Shown here piece after piece: positions 15,478 to 25,089 of a stretch of 64,000 bases of DNA. The position numbers and the translations under genes were made by a program. Each line of letters begins with the position of its first letter. Position 1 is the stretch's first letter. The stretch is from Bacteroidetes bacterium UBA6161. GTDB lineage: Bacteria > Bacteroidota > Bacteroidia > NS11-12g > UBA955. The stretch is from positions 83,799 to 147,798 of the forward strand of contig DIUJ01000049.1 of NCBI GenBank assembly GCA_002422315.1. Reading direction: 5' to 3'. The notes under the pieces are model-generated. The model saw only the letters and a program-made list of their open reading frames with translations, was not told the DNA's origin and ran no database searches.

Positions 15478-17752
15478 CAGGTTCTATTTTAAAGTGAATA
15501 ATAAATTTAGTTCCTTTTTCCACCTCACTTTCTATCGCTATTTTGCCACCAAGCGATTCAACATGAGATTTTACAAGGTACAAACCAAGACCTTTGCTAT
15601 CCGGGTGGTTATGGAAACGTTGGTACAAACCAAAAATTTTATTTCCGTATTTTTCAAGGTCTATTCCTACACCATTGTCTTCAAATTCCAGCGTAATATA
15701 TCCATTTTCTTTGAATGTATGGATTCTTAAGTGGAGTTTTCTTTGAGGGGAGCTATATTTTATAGCATTTGTATACAGATTTAAGAGTATGCTTTCCAAA
15801 TAAGCCCTATTGAATTTTACCGTTGGGGCTTTTGAAAAATCTGAATCTATAATAGGTTTGTATTGTTCCGTTAAATGCTGGGTTTGCAATAAAATATTAT
15901 CAAATACATTAGAAAAATAATGGTCTTCTATTTCAATATTGGAGGTGTCTTTAAGCGAAATAATGTTACTAAGGTCTGTAACCGTATCGTTTAGCACATT
16001 GGTAGAGGATATAAAGCCATGAATAAGCTTTTCTAGCAAAGGATTTTCAATCTCTATTTCTTGGATCATTTTACTAATGCTCACCAAATTTGCTAATGGA
16101 GAACGCAAATTATGCGAAGTAGTATAGGCAAACTGTTTTAGGTCTTTGTTGCTATGAGAAAGTTCATGAATAAGGGTTTCTCGTTCCTTTTCTTTGGCTT
16201 TCTTTTCGCTTATATCGCGTAGAATAATAACCCAATGAGTAACCCAGCCAATGGAATTAAATACAGGCGAAACCGAAATATTGGCCCAAAAACTTTCCCC
16301 ATTTTTTTTGTAACAAATTAATTCAAGATTCGATTTTTGTTTTGCTATAGTAGCCTCTTTAAGCTTGAAAATTTGTTCTTTATTGGTTTCTTTTCCAAAA
16401 AGGAACTGAATGTTTTTATCGTTTAAATCATTGGAATCGTATTGGCTTAATTCTGTAAAAGCCTGATTATGGTAAATAATTTTACAAGGGAAGTCTATTT
16501 CGGAACAAAACTCTGCAATAAGAGCAGAGTCATTAGAATTGGTAATTACAGATTCTAAAAGTTTTAACCAAGATTGTTCTTGTTTTACCAAGGTAATATC
16601 TTGCATTATTCCTTCAAATCTTAGGGGAGTATTCATTTGGTCAAAAACCATATTTCCCTTTACTTTAATATCTTTTAGGGAATCGTTTCCTGTAATTATT
16701 TTGCATTCTAACTCCAAGGGTTTAGCTTGGTTTAGGGACTCGTATAGTTTAGTGAAAAAGTAGTTTTTTTCCTCTGGATGGATAAAATTTTCTAAAGTTT
16801 GAAGAGTAAGAGGAGAGTTTTTTTGTGATATATTAAAAAGATTATAAACTTGATCCGACCAAAATAATTCGTGGGTTTTAAGGTCTATTTCCCAGTAACC
16901 CAAATTGCTTATTTCTTCTGCGGCATTTAATCTTTTGTATAATTTTTCAAGTTTTAGTGCATTTTCTAATTTTTCTGTAATGTCGTTTATGGTTACAATT
17001 CTGGCTTTTTTATTGCCCAAAATCATTGGGTTGGATTGTACTTCAACCTCCAATTCATAGCCCATTTTATTTAAATGTTTCCATACTCCTTTGTAGTTGT
17101 ATGTATTTATCGGTCTGAATTGTAGCAATTTTTCTAACAGAGGAATTTCTTTTTTGGGACGTATGTCTTTTATGCTTAGGTTTCTAAACTCTTCGTAGGT
17201 ATAGCCATATTTTTCTAAGGCAGCATTGTTTACATCTAAAAAGGCCAAGGTTTCTACATCGTAGATATACATTGGTGATGGATTGTTTCTAAATATATTT
17301 TTATATTTGTCTTCTGACTCTTTGATTATCTTGGCAAAATAGTTTCTTTCGATAGAATATATAAGAGACTTATTCAGAATTTCTTGGTCTATATTTTCCT
17401 TGTATAAATAGTCTGCAACACCTAGTTGAATATATGCTTTAATTCTTTGGTCGCTGTCTTTAAAGGAGGAAAGAACAACAAGAGCCGTATTTTTTTGGAT
17501 TGCTAAAATTGTTTCTACTAATTCAAAACCTTGACTATCTCTTAAATTAAGGTCAACAAGTAAGATGGTGTATTCAAAACCAGACTGTATTTTTTCTTTG
17601 ATTTCTAACAATGAATTAGCCGTATGAATAATTGCATCGTGAAATTTATTTTTAATGAGTTCTGTGGTTTTGTATAGAAACATCTCATCGCTTTCGGCGA
17701 TTAAGATAGAGATGGGGTTGGTTTTTGTATAATTTTCGTAAAAAGTGCTCAA
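15452..17752 (-). CDS. Hybrid sensor histidine kinase (N-terminal receiver, PAS repeats, HisKA, HATPase_c)
   Basis: REC-like ILIAESDE...LLVDLNLRDSQG. PAS-like repeats. H-box TSHNLRSPL. N/G boxes NAIKYS, DNGVGID and GLGLYLV. Apparent TTG start. Confidence 0.85.
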   Translation of the reverse strand: MSTFYENYTKTNPISILIAESDEMFLYKTTELIKNKFHDAIIHTANSLLEIKEKIQSGFEYTILLVDLNLRDSQGFELVETILAIQKNTALVVLSSFKDSDQRIKAYIQLGVADYLYKENIDQEILNKSLIYSIERNYFAKIIKESEDKYKNIFRNNPSPMYIYDVETLAFLDVNNAALEKYGYTYEEFRNLSIKDIRPKKEIPLLEKLLQFRPINTYNYKGVWKHLNKMGYELEVEVQSNPMILGNKKARIVTINDITEKLENALKLEKLYKRLNAAEEISNLGYWEIDLKTHELFWSDQVYNLFNISQKNSPLTLQTLENFIHPEEKNYFFTKLYESLNQAKPLELECKIITGNDSLKDIKVKGNMVFDQMNTPLRFEGIMQDITLVKQEQSWLKLLESVITNSNDSALIAEFCSEIDFPCKIIYHNQAFTELSQYDSNDLNDKNIQFLFGKETNKEQIFKLKEATIAKQKSNLELICYKKNGESFWANISVSPVFNSIGWVTHWVIILRDISEKKAKEKERETLIHELSHSNKDLKQFAYTTSHNLRSPLANLVSISKMIQEIEIENPLLEKLIHGFISSTNVLNDTVTDLSNIISLKDTSNIEIEDHYFSNVFDNILLQTQHLTEQYKPIIDSDFSKAPTVKFNRAYLESILLNLYTNAIKYSSPQRKLHLRIHTFKENGYITLEFEDNGVGIDLEKYGNKIFGLYQRFHNHPDSKGLGLYLVKSHVESLGGKIAIESEVEKGTKFIIHFKIEPDVEQYLAN

Positions 17753-17995
17753 GGTAGTAAAATTGTGTACCCATACATTTACAAAATGCGAACCAAGTTG
17801 AACTATAATTGGGAACCTAACAAGCTTTTAATTAAACTACCATTTTTCATGGAAAATTGTTTTTATCTTTATTCTTATAGGTCAATGAATTTCAATATAA
17901 TATATTAAAAGTACAAGTCTGTAATTTGTTAAAAACTTGTGGTTATTTGACAAGAAGAAAAAAAAATTCTTTCTTTAACAAAACAATAGAAGTTC

Positions 17996-18026
17996 TCTCA
18001 AAGTATCACTTTGAGAAATATTTTTT
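17996..18026 (+). other. Perfect 9-bp-arm palindrome/hairpin followed by a T-run (terminator-like or operator)
   Basis: tctcaaagt-atc-actttgaga (17996-18016), then aaatatttttt. Lies ~100 bp upstream of the purH promoter box, with no plus-strand gene upstream. Confidence 0.5.
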
Positions 18027-18116
18027 AAAATTGATAGAGTAGAGAAAAGGAAAGTAAGTGTTTATAATTTGTAAAGAAAAGCTTTGAAAGCAATAGGAAA
18101 GAACAAAGGAACAAAC

Positions 18117-18124
18117 TACTTTTG
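18117..18124 (+). promoter_or_regulatory. -7 promoter box (TAnnTTTG) for purH
   Basis: The tacttttg box contains the track start TTG 18122, so that start is unlikely. Confidence 0.5.
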
Positions 18125-18160
18125 CAGGGGTATAAAAGAATCATTTTAAAATTCAAAAAA

Positions 18161-19654
18161 TTGGAAACATTACAAGTAAAAAACGCGCTTATTTCGGTGT
18201 ATTACAAAGACGGTTTAGAACCCATTGTACGCCACTTACAGGAACAAAATATTGGAATATATTCAACAGGCGGGACAAGGGATTTTATTGAGAAATTAGG
18301 TATACCAGTGTTGGCAGTAGAGGATTTAACAGGTTATCCTTCTATATTTGGAGGGAGGGTAAAAACATTGCACCCTGCTGTATTTGGGGGGATTTTGCAC
18401 CGTAGAGATTTGCAGGAAGACTTGACCCAAGCTGCGGAATTTAATATCCCATCTATAGACCTTGTGATTGTGGATTTGTATCCCTTTGAAGAAACTCTTA
18501 AGTCTGGAGCGGCGGAAAAAGAAATGATTGAAAAAATTGATATTGGGGGTGTTTCATTGATAAGAGCAGCAGCCAAAAATTTCGAACATACTTGTATTGT
18601 TTCTGATAAAAACGATTACGAGGTTGTTTTGGATTTGATGGTAAAAGGCCAATTAAACAGAGAAAGGAGAAAACATTTTGCGGCAAAAGCTTTTGCTCAG
18701 ACCCAATCTTATGACAATTTGATATCAGAATACTTATTCAATATTCCAACAAGTCCTTTGAGGTATGGCGAAAATCCTCATCAAAAAGCTTGGTTTATAG
18801 GAGATTTGAATAAAAATTTCACACAATTACAAGGGAAAGAAATTTCTTACAATAATTTATTGGATATAGAAGCGGCCATATCTTTGATTTCTGATTTTGA
18901 CACAAAAGATGGAGCTACTTTTGCCATAATAAAGCACAACAACGCATGTGGTATTTCAACCAATGCTACTGTATCTGAAAGTTACGATTCTGCATTGTCA
19001 TCCGACCCTGTATCTGCTTTTGGTGGAATTATGATTTGTAACCATCCAATTGAATTGGAAACTGCCCAAAAAATCGATAAAATTTTCTTTGAAATATTGC
19101 TTGCACCTGGATTTGAAGAAGGAGTATTAGAGCTTTTTTCTAAAAAATCCCAAAGAAGTTTATTGAAAATTAACTCTTTTGAAACAGCCTCTATACAAAA
19201 AAGAACCATACTACAGGGGGAATTATACCAAGAAAAAGACAACAGGATAGAAACATCCTCGGATTTTAAATTGGTTACAAAAAAACAAGCTACTGCTCAA
19301 GAAATTAAAGACTTGGAGTTTGCTGTTAAATTAGTAAAACATACCAAATCCAATGCAATAGTACTGGTAAAGAACCAACAAATGATTTCCAGTGGAACGG
19401 GTCAAACAAGTAGGGTAGATGCACTAAATCAAGCAATCGAAAAAGCGAAAGCATTTGGTTTTGATATACAAGGTGCGGTAATGGCATCCGATGCATTTTT
19501 CCCTTTTCCGGACTGTGTAGAAATTGGGTTTGGAGCAGGGATAACAGCGATAGCACAACCTGGTGGTTCTATCAAAGACAATTTATCCATTGAAAAAGCA
19601 GATGAATTGGGAATTGCAATGGTTTTGACGGGATTTAGACACTTCAAACATTAA
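18161..19654 (+). CDS. purH: Bifunctional AICAR formyltransferase / IMP cyclohydrolase
   Basis: KNALISVYYKDGL..., GGTRDFI, GRVKTLHP, GGVSLIRAAAKN and C-terminal QPGGSIKD...RHFKH are classic PurH. Start uncertain: TTG 18161 gives METLQVKNALISV. Confidence 0.9.
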   Translation: METLQVKNALISVYYKDGLEPIVRHLQEQNIGIYSTGGTRDFIEKLGIPVLAVEDLTGYPSIFGGRVKTLHPAVFGGILHRRDLQEDLTQAAEFNIPSIDLVIVDLYPFEETLKSGAAEKEMIEKIDIGGVSLIRAAAKNFEHTCIVSDKNDYEVVLDLMVKGQLNRERRKHFAAKAFAQTQSYDNLISEYLFNIPTSPLRYGENPHQKAWFIGDLNKNFTQLQGKEISYNNLLDIEAAISLISDFDTKDGATFAIIKHNNACGISTNATVSESYDSALSSDPVSAFGGIMICNHPIELETAQKIDKIFFEILLAPGFEEGVLELFSKKSQRSLLKINSFETASIQKRTILQGELYQEKDNRIETSSDFKLVTKKQATAQEIKDLEFAVKLVKHTKSNAIVLVKNQQMISSGTGQTSRVDALNQAIEKAKAFGFDIQGAVMASDAFFPFPDCVEIGFGAGITAIAQPGGSIKDNLSIEKADELGIAMVLTGFRHFKH

Positions 19655-19720
19655 CAAAAAAAATTAAAGGAATAGCATAATTTTTCTTTATTTTGCACCT
19701 CTTAAGCCAACAGTTATAAA

Positions 19721-20740
19721 ATGGGGATATTTAATTTTTTTACGCAAGAATTAGCAATAGATTTGGGTACGGCCAATACCCTTATAATACACAAAGACCA
19801 AGTTGTAGTAGATGAACCATCTATAATAGCAATAGAAAGGTCTACCAATCAAGTGCTAGCAATAGGCCACGAGGCTATGCAAATGCAAGGGAAAGAAAAC
19901 GAAAACATAAAGACTATCAGACCTTTAAAAGATGGAGTAATCGCAGATTTTTTAGCTGCGGAGCACATGATTAGAGGGATGATTAAAAAGATAAACTCTG
20001 GCAAAGCTTTTTCTCCCCAACTTAAAATGGTGATTTGTATTCCTTCTGGAATTACGGAAGTAGAAAAAAGAGCGGTTAAGGATTCTGCTGAAAGAGCAGG
20101 CGGAAAAGAAGTGTACATGATTCATGAACCAATGGCAGCCGCAGTAGGTATAGGAATAGATGTAACCGAACCAATGGGAAATATGATTATTGACATAGGT
20201 GGAGGAACTTCTGAAATTGCAGTTATCGCTTTGGGAGGTATAGTATGTGACGAATCAATAAGGGTTGCAGGAAATGAATTCAACTCAGATATTGTAGACT
20301 ATATGAGAAGGGAGCATTCCTTACAAATAGGAGAAAGAACAGCCGAAAGAATAAAAATAAATGTAGGTGCTGCTGTGCCTGAATTAGAAAATCCACCTGA
20401 AGATTTCCCGGTTCAAGGAAGAGACTTAGTGTCTGGTATTCCTAAACAAGTGATGGTTTCTTACTCAGAAATTGCCTTGGCATTGGATAAGTCTATTAGC
20501 AAAATAGAGGAAGCTATTCTTCGTGCACTTGAAAGAACACCACCAGAATTGGCGGCAGATATTTACCAAACAGGACTGTACCTTACAGGTGGCGGTGCTC
20601 TGCTAAGAGGTTTGGACAAAAGGATTTCTAATATTACTAAATTGCCTGTAACAATTGCAGATGACCCTCTTATAGCTGTAGTAAGAGGAACAGGTATAGC
20701 ACTTAGAAATATTGGTAAATTTAAGTTTTTAATGACCTAA
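19721..20740 (+). CDS. mreB: Rod-shape-determining actin homolog MreB
   Basis: IDLGTANTLI, EPMAAAVG, DIGGGTSEIAV and LTGGGALLRGLD motifs. Confidence 0.95.
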   Translation: MGIFNFFTQELAIDLGTANTLIIHKDQVVVDEPSIIAIERSTNQVLAIGHEAMQMQGKENENIKTIRPLKDGVIADFLAAEHMIRGMIKKINSGKAFSPQLKMVICIPSGITEVEKRAVKDSAERAGGKEVYMIHEPMAAAVGIGIDVTEPMGNMIIDIGGGTSEIAVIALGGIVCDESIRVAGNEFNSDIVDYMRREHSLQIGERTAERIKINVGAAVPELENPPEDFPVQGRDLVSGIPKQVMVSYSEIALALDKSISKIEEAILRALERTPPELAADIYQTGLYLTGGGALLRGLDKRISNITKLPVTIADDPLIAVVRGTGIALRNIGKFKFLMT

Positions 20741-20750
20741 ATAATTTTTT

Positions 20751-21587
20751 ATGGGGTCGGTTTTACAATTCATCAAAACCTATTTACACCTCATTCTTTT
20801 TGTGGTGCTTCAAATTCTGAGTTTTATTTTAATTGTTAATTTTCATGTTTACCATAAAACTCTTTTTTTTAATACTTCTAACGCCTTTTTCGCTTCCATA
20901 ACTGAATATTCTAATGCTTACAAAAGCTATTTTCAGTTAAAATCTAGCAATAGCCAATTGGTGAAAGAAAATTTAGTTTTAAGAAAACTACTCAAAGAAA
21001 ATTATTATATCCAACCAAACGATACCTTTTTTGTATCGGACACTCTTTTTAAACAGAGATATAAATATATCGCAGCCCAAGTAGTAGGAAATACGACAGA
21101 TAATCCTAACAATTATTTAACTATAAACAGAGGCAAAGAGTCTGGAATTCAGATAGGAATGGGGGTTTTTAGCCCTTTGGGAATAGTTGGGATTGTAGAG
21201 GATGTGTCTGATAATTTTGCATTAGTAATGAGTGTTTTACATTCAAAAGCGGTAGTATCTCCCAAAATTCAGGAATTAAATTTGTCTCAAGGTAAAATAA
21301 AATGGGAAGAAAGAAATCCTGACTATGTATTTTTATCGGGAATAAATAGATATGAAAAAGTTGCTAAAGGACAAAAAGTTGTTACTAGTCCTTATTCTAC
21401 AAATTTCCCCGAAAATTTACCCATAGGAACAGTGGTAGATGTAAAAGAAGTAGATGGCAGTTTTTTGAGAGCCAAGGTTAAGCTTTCTGCAAATTTCAGC
21501 CAATTAAGGGAAGTATATGTTGTAAAAGACCTATTTAAACAAGAATTAAATTATTTTGACAATAAAATTAAGGAAGATAACCAATGA
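20751..21587 (+). CDS. mreC: Rod-shape-determining protein MreC
   Basis: Position after mreB. N-terminal TM plus coiled coil (SSNSQLVKENLVLRKLL). Beta-rich C-terminus with GMGVFSPLGIVGIV. Confidence 0.8.
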   Translation: MGSVLQFIKTYLHLILFVVLQILSFILIVNFHVYHKTLFFNTSNAFFASITEYSNAYKSYFQLKSSNSQLVKENLVLRKLLKENYYIQPNDTFFVSDTLFKQRYKYIAAQVVGNTTDNPNNYLTINRGKESGIQIGMGVFSPLGIVGIVEDVSDNFALVMSVLHSKAVVSPKIQELNLSQGKIKWEERNPDYVFLSGINRYEKVAKGQKVVTSPYSTNFPENLPIGTVVDVKEVDGSFLRAKVKLSANFSQLREVYVVKDLFKQELNYFDNKIKEDNQ

Positions 21588-22108
21588 GAGAGCTATTGAA
21601 ATATTCCTTAATTTTAGTCTATTGTTTTTTTGTACAATTGGTTTTTTTAGAAAATGTACATAGTTTCTTTTGGTTTCAACCCTTTATTATTCTTTTCTTT
21701 CTTTTGTATATGCCCTATACTCTAAACAAGTGGCAAAGCGTATTAATTTTTTTTTCGGTGGGAATATTTTTAGATACATTACTAAATTCACATGGAATAC
21801 ACGCTTCTGCTTCTTTATTTATAGGTTTGTTTCGCCCATATTTTCTTAACCCCTCATTATTCAATGCCCCTGCAAGGGGAGACGAAAAAAGTATTTGGCT
21901 TAATAAGGCAGGGAACAAATTCAAATTTGCGTACCTCAGCATCTTTATATTGTTCTATCAATTTTGGGTTTTACTTTTAGAAACTCTTGGAAAAAACTTC
22001 TTCTCAATCTTTCTACCCACTTGGATTCTTAGCAGCGTTTTTACGTTAGTTTTAATTCTTCTTTCAGAAGAGTTGCTTTTTAGAACCTTTAATAGAAAAG
22101 ATTCATGA
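21584..22108 (+). CDS. mreD: Rod-shape-determining protein MreD
   Basis: Small polytopic membrane protein, overlapping mreC and mrdA by 4 nt each. Call is based on synteny. Confidence 0.65.
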   Translation: MRELLKYSLILVYCFFVQLVFLENVHSFFWFQPFIILFFLLYMPYTLNKWQSVLIFFSVGIFLDTLLNSHGIHASASLFIGLFRPYFLNPSLFNAPARGDEKSIWLNKAGNKFKFAYLSIFILFYQFWVLLLETLGKNFFSIFLPTWILSSVFTLVLILLSEELLFRTFNRKDS

Positions 22109-23922
22109 GCAGTATGTCCAATATGGGTAAACGTTCGTACTTAATGTATGGTCTCTTGTTAGTAGTAGGCATTGTTTTTTTGTATAAATTCTATTCTTTG
22201 CAATTAAAATCAGATGCTTATTTGATTCAAGCACAAAGAAATGGTTCTACAGAGGTACCATTGTATCCTGTAAGAGGAACTATTTACGATAGAAACGATA
22301 AGTTAATAGTATTCAATGACTTTGTATACGACCTTGCAGTAATTCCTATAAAAGCGAAGCATTTCGACACAACTGTTTTATGTAATTTACTTGAAATTAC
22401 ACAGCAAGAGTTGATGAAAAGAATAGAAAAAGCTGCCAACTATTCCACTCGAAAACCCACTACTATCGCAAAGAATTTAAGTGTAAAAGCATACTCTGCA
22501 ATTCAAGAAAACCTATACAGATACCCAGGGTTTGTGATTGAAAATAAGACAGATAGAAGATATAAGACGGCTGCACTTGCACACGTATTAGGCTATGTGA
22601 GCGAGGCTTCGGAGGAACTAATCAAAGAAAACCCATACTATAAAATGGCAGATTTAGTTGGAGTTACAGGGATAGAGAAGAGTTATGAAGAAGAATTAAG
22701 AGGGGTAAAAGGCTATAAGATAATGATGGTAGATAAGTTTAATCTTCAAAAGGGTAGTTTTGCAGATGGTAAATTCGATACCAAACCCATACCTGGAGAA
22801 GATTTAGTTACGTCAATAGATTTAGACTTGCAATTGATGGCAGAAGAGTTTTTGAAAAATAAAACGGGTAGTATAGTTGCCATAGAACCCAAAACAGGAG
22901 AAATTCTTTGTTTGGCCAACAGCCCGGCTTTTGACCCCAACGAACTTACTGGACCTGAAAGAAATAAGAATTTTAGGAAATTGTTGATGGATCCCAAAAA
23001 ACCATTGTACAATAGAGCGCTAAAAGCACCCTATCCTCCTGGTTCTACCTTTAAAACCGTTCAAGCACTTATTGGCTTGCAAGAAGAAGTATTGGTTCCT
23101 GAAACCAGGTATCCATGCTTTGGAGGCTATAGACTAGGAAACAGAAAGGTGGGTTGCCATGCCCATCCTAGTCCCGCAGATTTAAAGTATTCCATACAAA
23201 CTTCTTGTAATGCTTATTATTGTTTCGTTTTTAAATCCATTGTAGATAATCCCAAATACAAAAATGTTTCGGAAGGTTTAAATGCTTGGATTGCTCATTT
23301 AAATACTTTTGGTATTGGGGTTACAACCAATGTGGATATAGCAGGAGAGAATAAAGGGTATATTCCAACATCTGAAAGATACCAAAGGGTTTTTGGTAAA
23401 AACTGGAAGTCTTCTAATGTAATTTCTATAGCCATAGGGCAGGGAGAAGTAGGGCTAACCCCTTTACAAATGGCAAATATGTGTGCAATAATTGCAAATA
23501 AAGGTTATTTTATAAGACCTCATGTAGTAAAATATATAGGAAAAGATAGAACCAAAGTACCAGACCACTTGCATAAAAACTATACTAGCGTAGATAAAAA
23601 ATATTACGATATAGTGTATGAAGCAATGGCTTCTGTTTACAAACCAGGTGGTACCGCTTTTTGGACCGCCATTCCTGGTTTGGAGTTGTGTGGCAAAACA
23701 GGAACAGCACAAAATCCGCATGGCAAAGACCATTCTGTTTTTATAGGTTTTGGCCCCAAAGAAAATCCTAAAATAGCAGTAGCCATACTTATAGAAAATG
23801 GTGGCTTTGGTGCAACTTGGGCTGCACCTATGGCTTCCTTAATCATGGAAAAATATATTACCAAAAAGGAAGTTTCAGCTAAACCCGATATGTACCAAAG
23901 AATGCTCTTACCCGTAAAATAG
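22105..23922 (+). CDS. mrdA: Penicillin-binding protein 2 (elongation transpeptidase)
   Basis: N-terminal anchor plus dimerisation domain. Transpeptidase motifs STFK (PGSTFKTV), SCN (TSCNAYY) and KTGT (GKTGTAQ). Confidence 0.9.
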   Translation: MSSMSNMGKRSYLMYGLLLVVGIVFLYKFYSLQLKSDAYLIQAQRNGSTEVPLYPVRGTIYDRNDKLIVFNDFVYDLAVIPIKAKHFDTTVLCNLLEITQQELMKRIEKAANYSTRKPTTIAKNLSVKAYSAIQENLYRYPGFVIENKTDRRYKTAALAHVLGYVSEASEELIKENPYYKMADLVGVTGIEKSYEEELRGVKGYKIMMVDKFNLQKGSFADGKFDTKPIPGEDLVTSIDLDLQLMAEEFLKNKTGSIVAIEPKTGEILCLANSPAFDPNELTGPERNKNFRKLLMDPKKPLYNRALKAPYPPGSTFKTVQALIGLQEEVLVPETRYPCFGGYRLGNRKVGCHAHPSPADLKYSIQTSCNAYYCFVFKSIVDNPKYKNVSEGLNAWIAHLNTFGIGVTTNVDIAGENKGYIPTSERYQRVFGKNWKSSNVISIAIGQGEVGLTPLQMANMCAIIANKGYFIRPHVVKYIGKDRTKVPDHLHKNYTSVDKKYYDIVYEAMASVYKPGGTAFWTAIPGLELCGKTGTAQNPHGKDHSVFIGFGPKENPKIAVAILIENGGFGATWAAPMASLIMEKYITKKEVSAKPDMYQRMLLPVK

Positions 23923-23988
23923 AATGTTTTATAGGGAATATGCACGATTTAATTTTATCTTAAGATTCACTTCAATATATTTGCCTTA

Positions 23989-25089
23989 ATGTTGAAATTA
24001 TTTATTAAACCCATTTGCATTATTTTTTTATTGTTTCCTTTTGTTCTGTGGGCACAAAAACCACTTAAAGTCAAAAGCAAAAACAAACTCAATATTGCTT
24101 ACTGGAACACCGAAAACTTTTACGATACCTTGTTTCAGAAATCAAACGATACCGGTATTTATGTGAGAAACTGGAATTCTGAAAAATATATGCATAAAGT
24201 TAATTTGCTTGTTTCTCACATGAACCAAATGTTTCCCAAACAATTGCCTCATATATTGGCATTGTCAGAAATAGAGAACGAAAGCATTTTACAGGATATT
24301 ATTTCTCACCCAAGTATTGCTAAAGCAGGGTATCTTTTCAAGGCAGGTAAAAAAAATGAAAATACCCCTTTTATCAATGCGGTTATCTATAATCCGAAGA
24401 AAGTAACATTGATTTCAGATACAAGTATTAGAATATCAAACAATTTGGAAGATGTTTTACTTGCAAAATTTGTAGCCAAGAAAGACACTTTTCAAGTAGT
24501 AGTTCTAAATTTTGTAAACCATACATTCTTAACTGATTTTGAAAAAAAACTACCCTTGAACCAAAATGCGGTTCATACAAGCAGGTTAAATGCTACTCTA
24601 CTTTCTCCCGAAATAAAAAAATATCCTTTGGTACTACTCGGTAGTTTTTATGAGGAGAAAAATAATTTAATAATATCTGTTATTTTAAGTGCCCATAAGT
24701 ATGATTCTATGGAATATAAAAAACTGAAATATGCAAACCTTAGCCACAATCTAGACTCTATAGATGCATATACTTACTATACCGAAAGCCAAGTGAAAGA
24801 GGATATTAAATCAGATTTTTATGAAAACCTACCTAACTCCTATCAGTATAATCTACAGGGTTTTGACTACGACCATGCCTTGTTAGAAAAATCTTTTTTT
24901 GATAAAAGAAACAAATGGAATTATATGCCCAATTCCTATATGGTATACAAACCTATGGACCTGGTAAATTCATCCCCAAGGTATAGGAATGCCCCACTAA
25001 AAACATTTTTTAACCAACAATGGCAGAAAGGGTTTAGCGACCACTATGCTATAGCATTTAGCATTTATTATGCAAAGAAAAGAAAATAA
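23989..25089 (+). CDS. Secreted endonuclease/exonuclease/phosphatase (EEP) family protein
   Basis: Signal peptide. NIAYWNTENF near the N-terminus and FSDHYAI near the C-terminus, typical EEP terminal motifs. Confidence 0.5.
   Translation: MLKLFIKPICIIFLLFPFVLWAQKPLKVKSKNKLNIAYWNTENFYDTLFQKSNDTGIYVRNWNSEKYMHKVNLLVSHMNQMFPKQLPHILALSEIENESILQDIISHPSIAKAGYLFKAGKKNENTPFINAVIYNPKKVTLISDTSIRISNNLEDVLLAKFVAKKDTFQVVVLNFVNHTFLTDFEKKLPLNQNAVHTSRLNATLLSPEIKKYPLVLLGSFYEEKNNLIISVILSAHKYDSMEYKKLKYANLSHNLDSIDAYTYYTESQVKEDIKSDFYENLPNSYQYNLQGFDYDHALLEKSFFDKRNKWNYMPNSYMVYKPMDLVNSSPRYRNAPLKTFFNQQWQKGFSDHYAIAFSIYYAKKRK

Noticed and set aside
18122-18160. Track-predicted N-terminal extensions here (purH from TTG 18122) and at five other genes
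   Set aside because: The extension starts are 18122 (purH), 58524 (AOS), 37941 (DPP-IV), 40461 (SulP), 48207 and 55639 (AbgT). They run through promoter boxes or terminators, or precede obvious signal peptides and conserved N-termini. Internal starts at 18161, 58545, 37869, 40572, 48072 and 55579 fit better.
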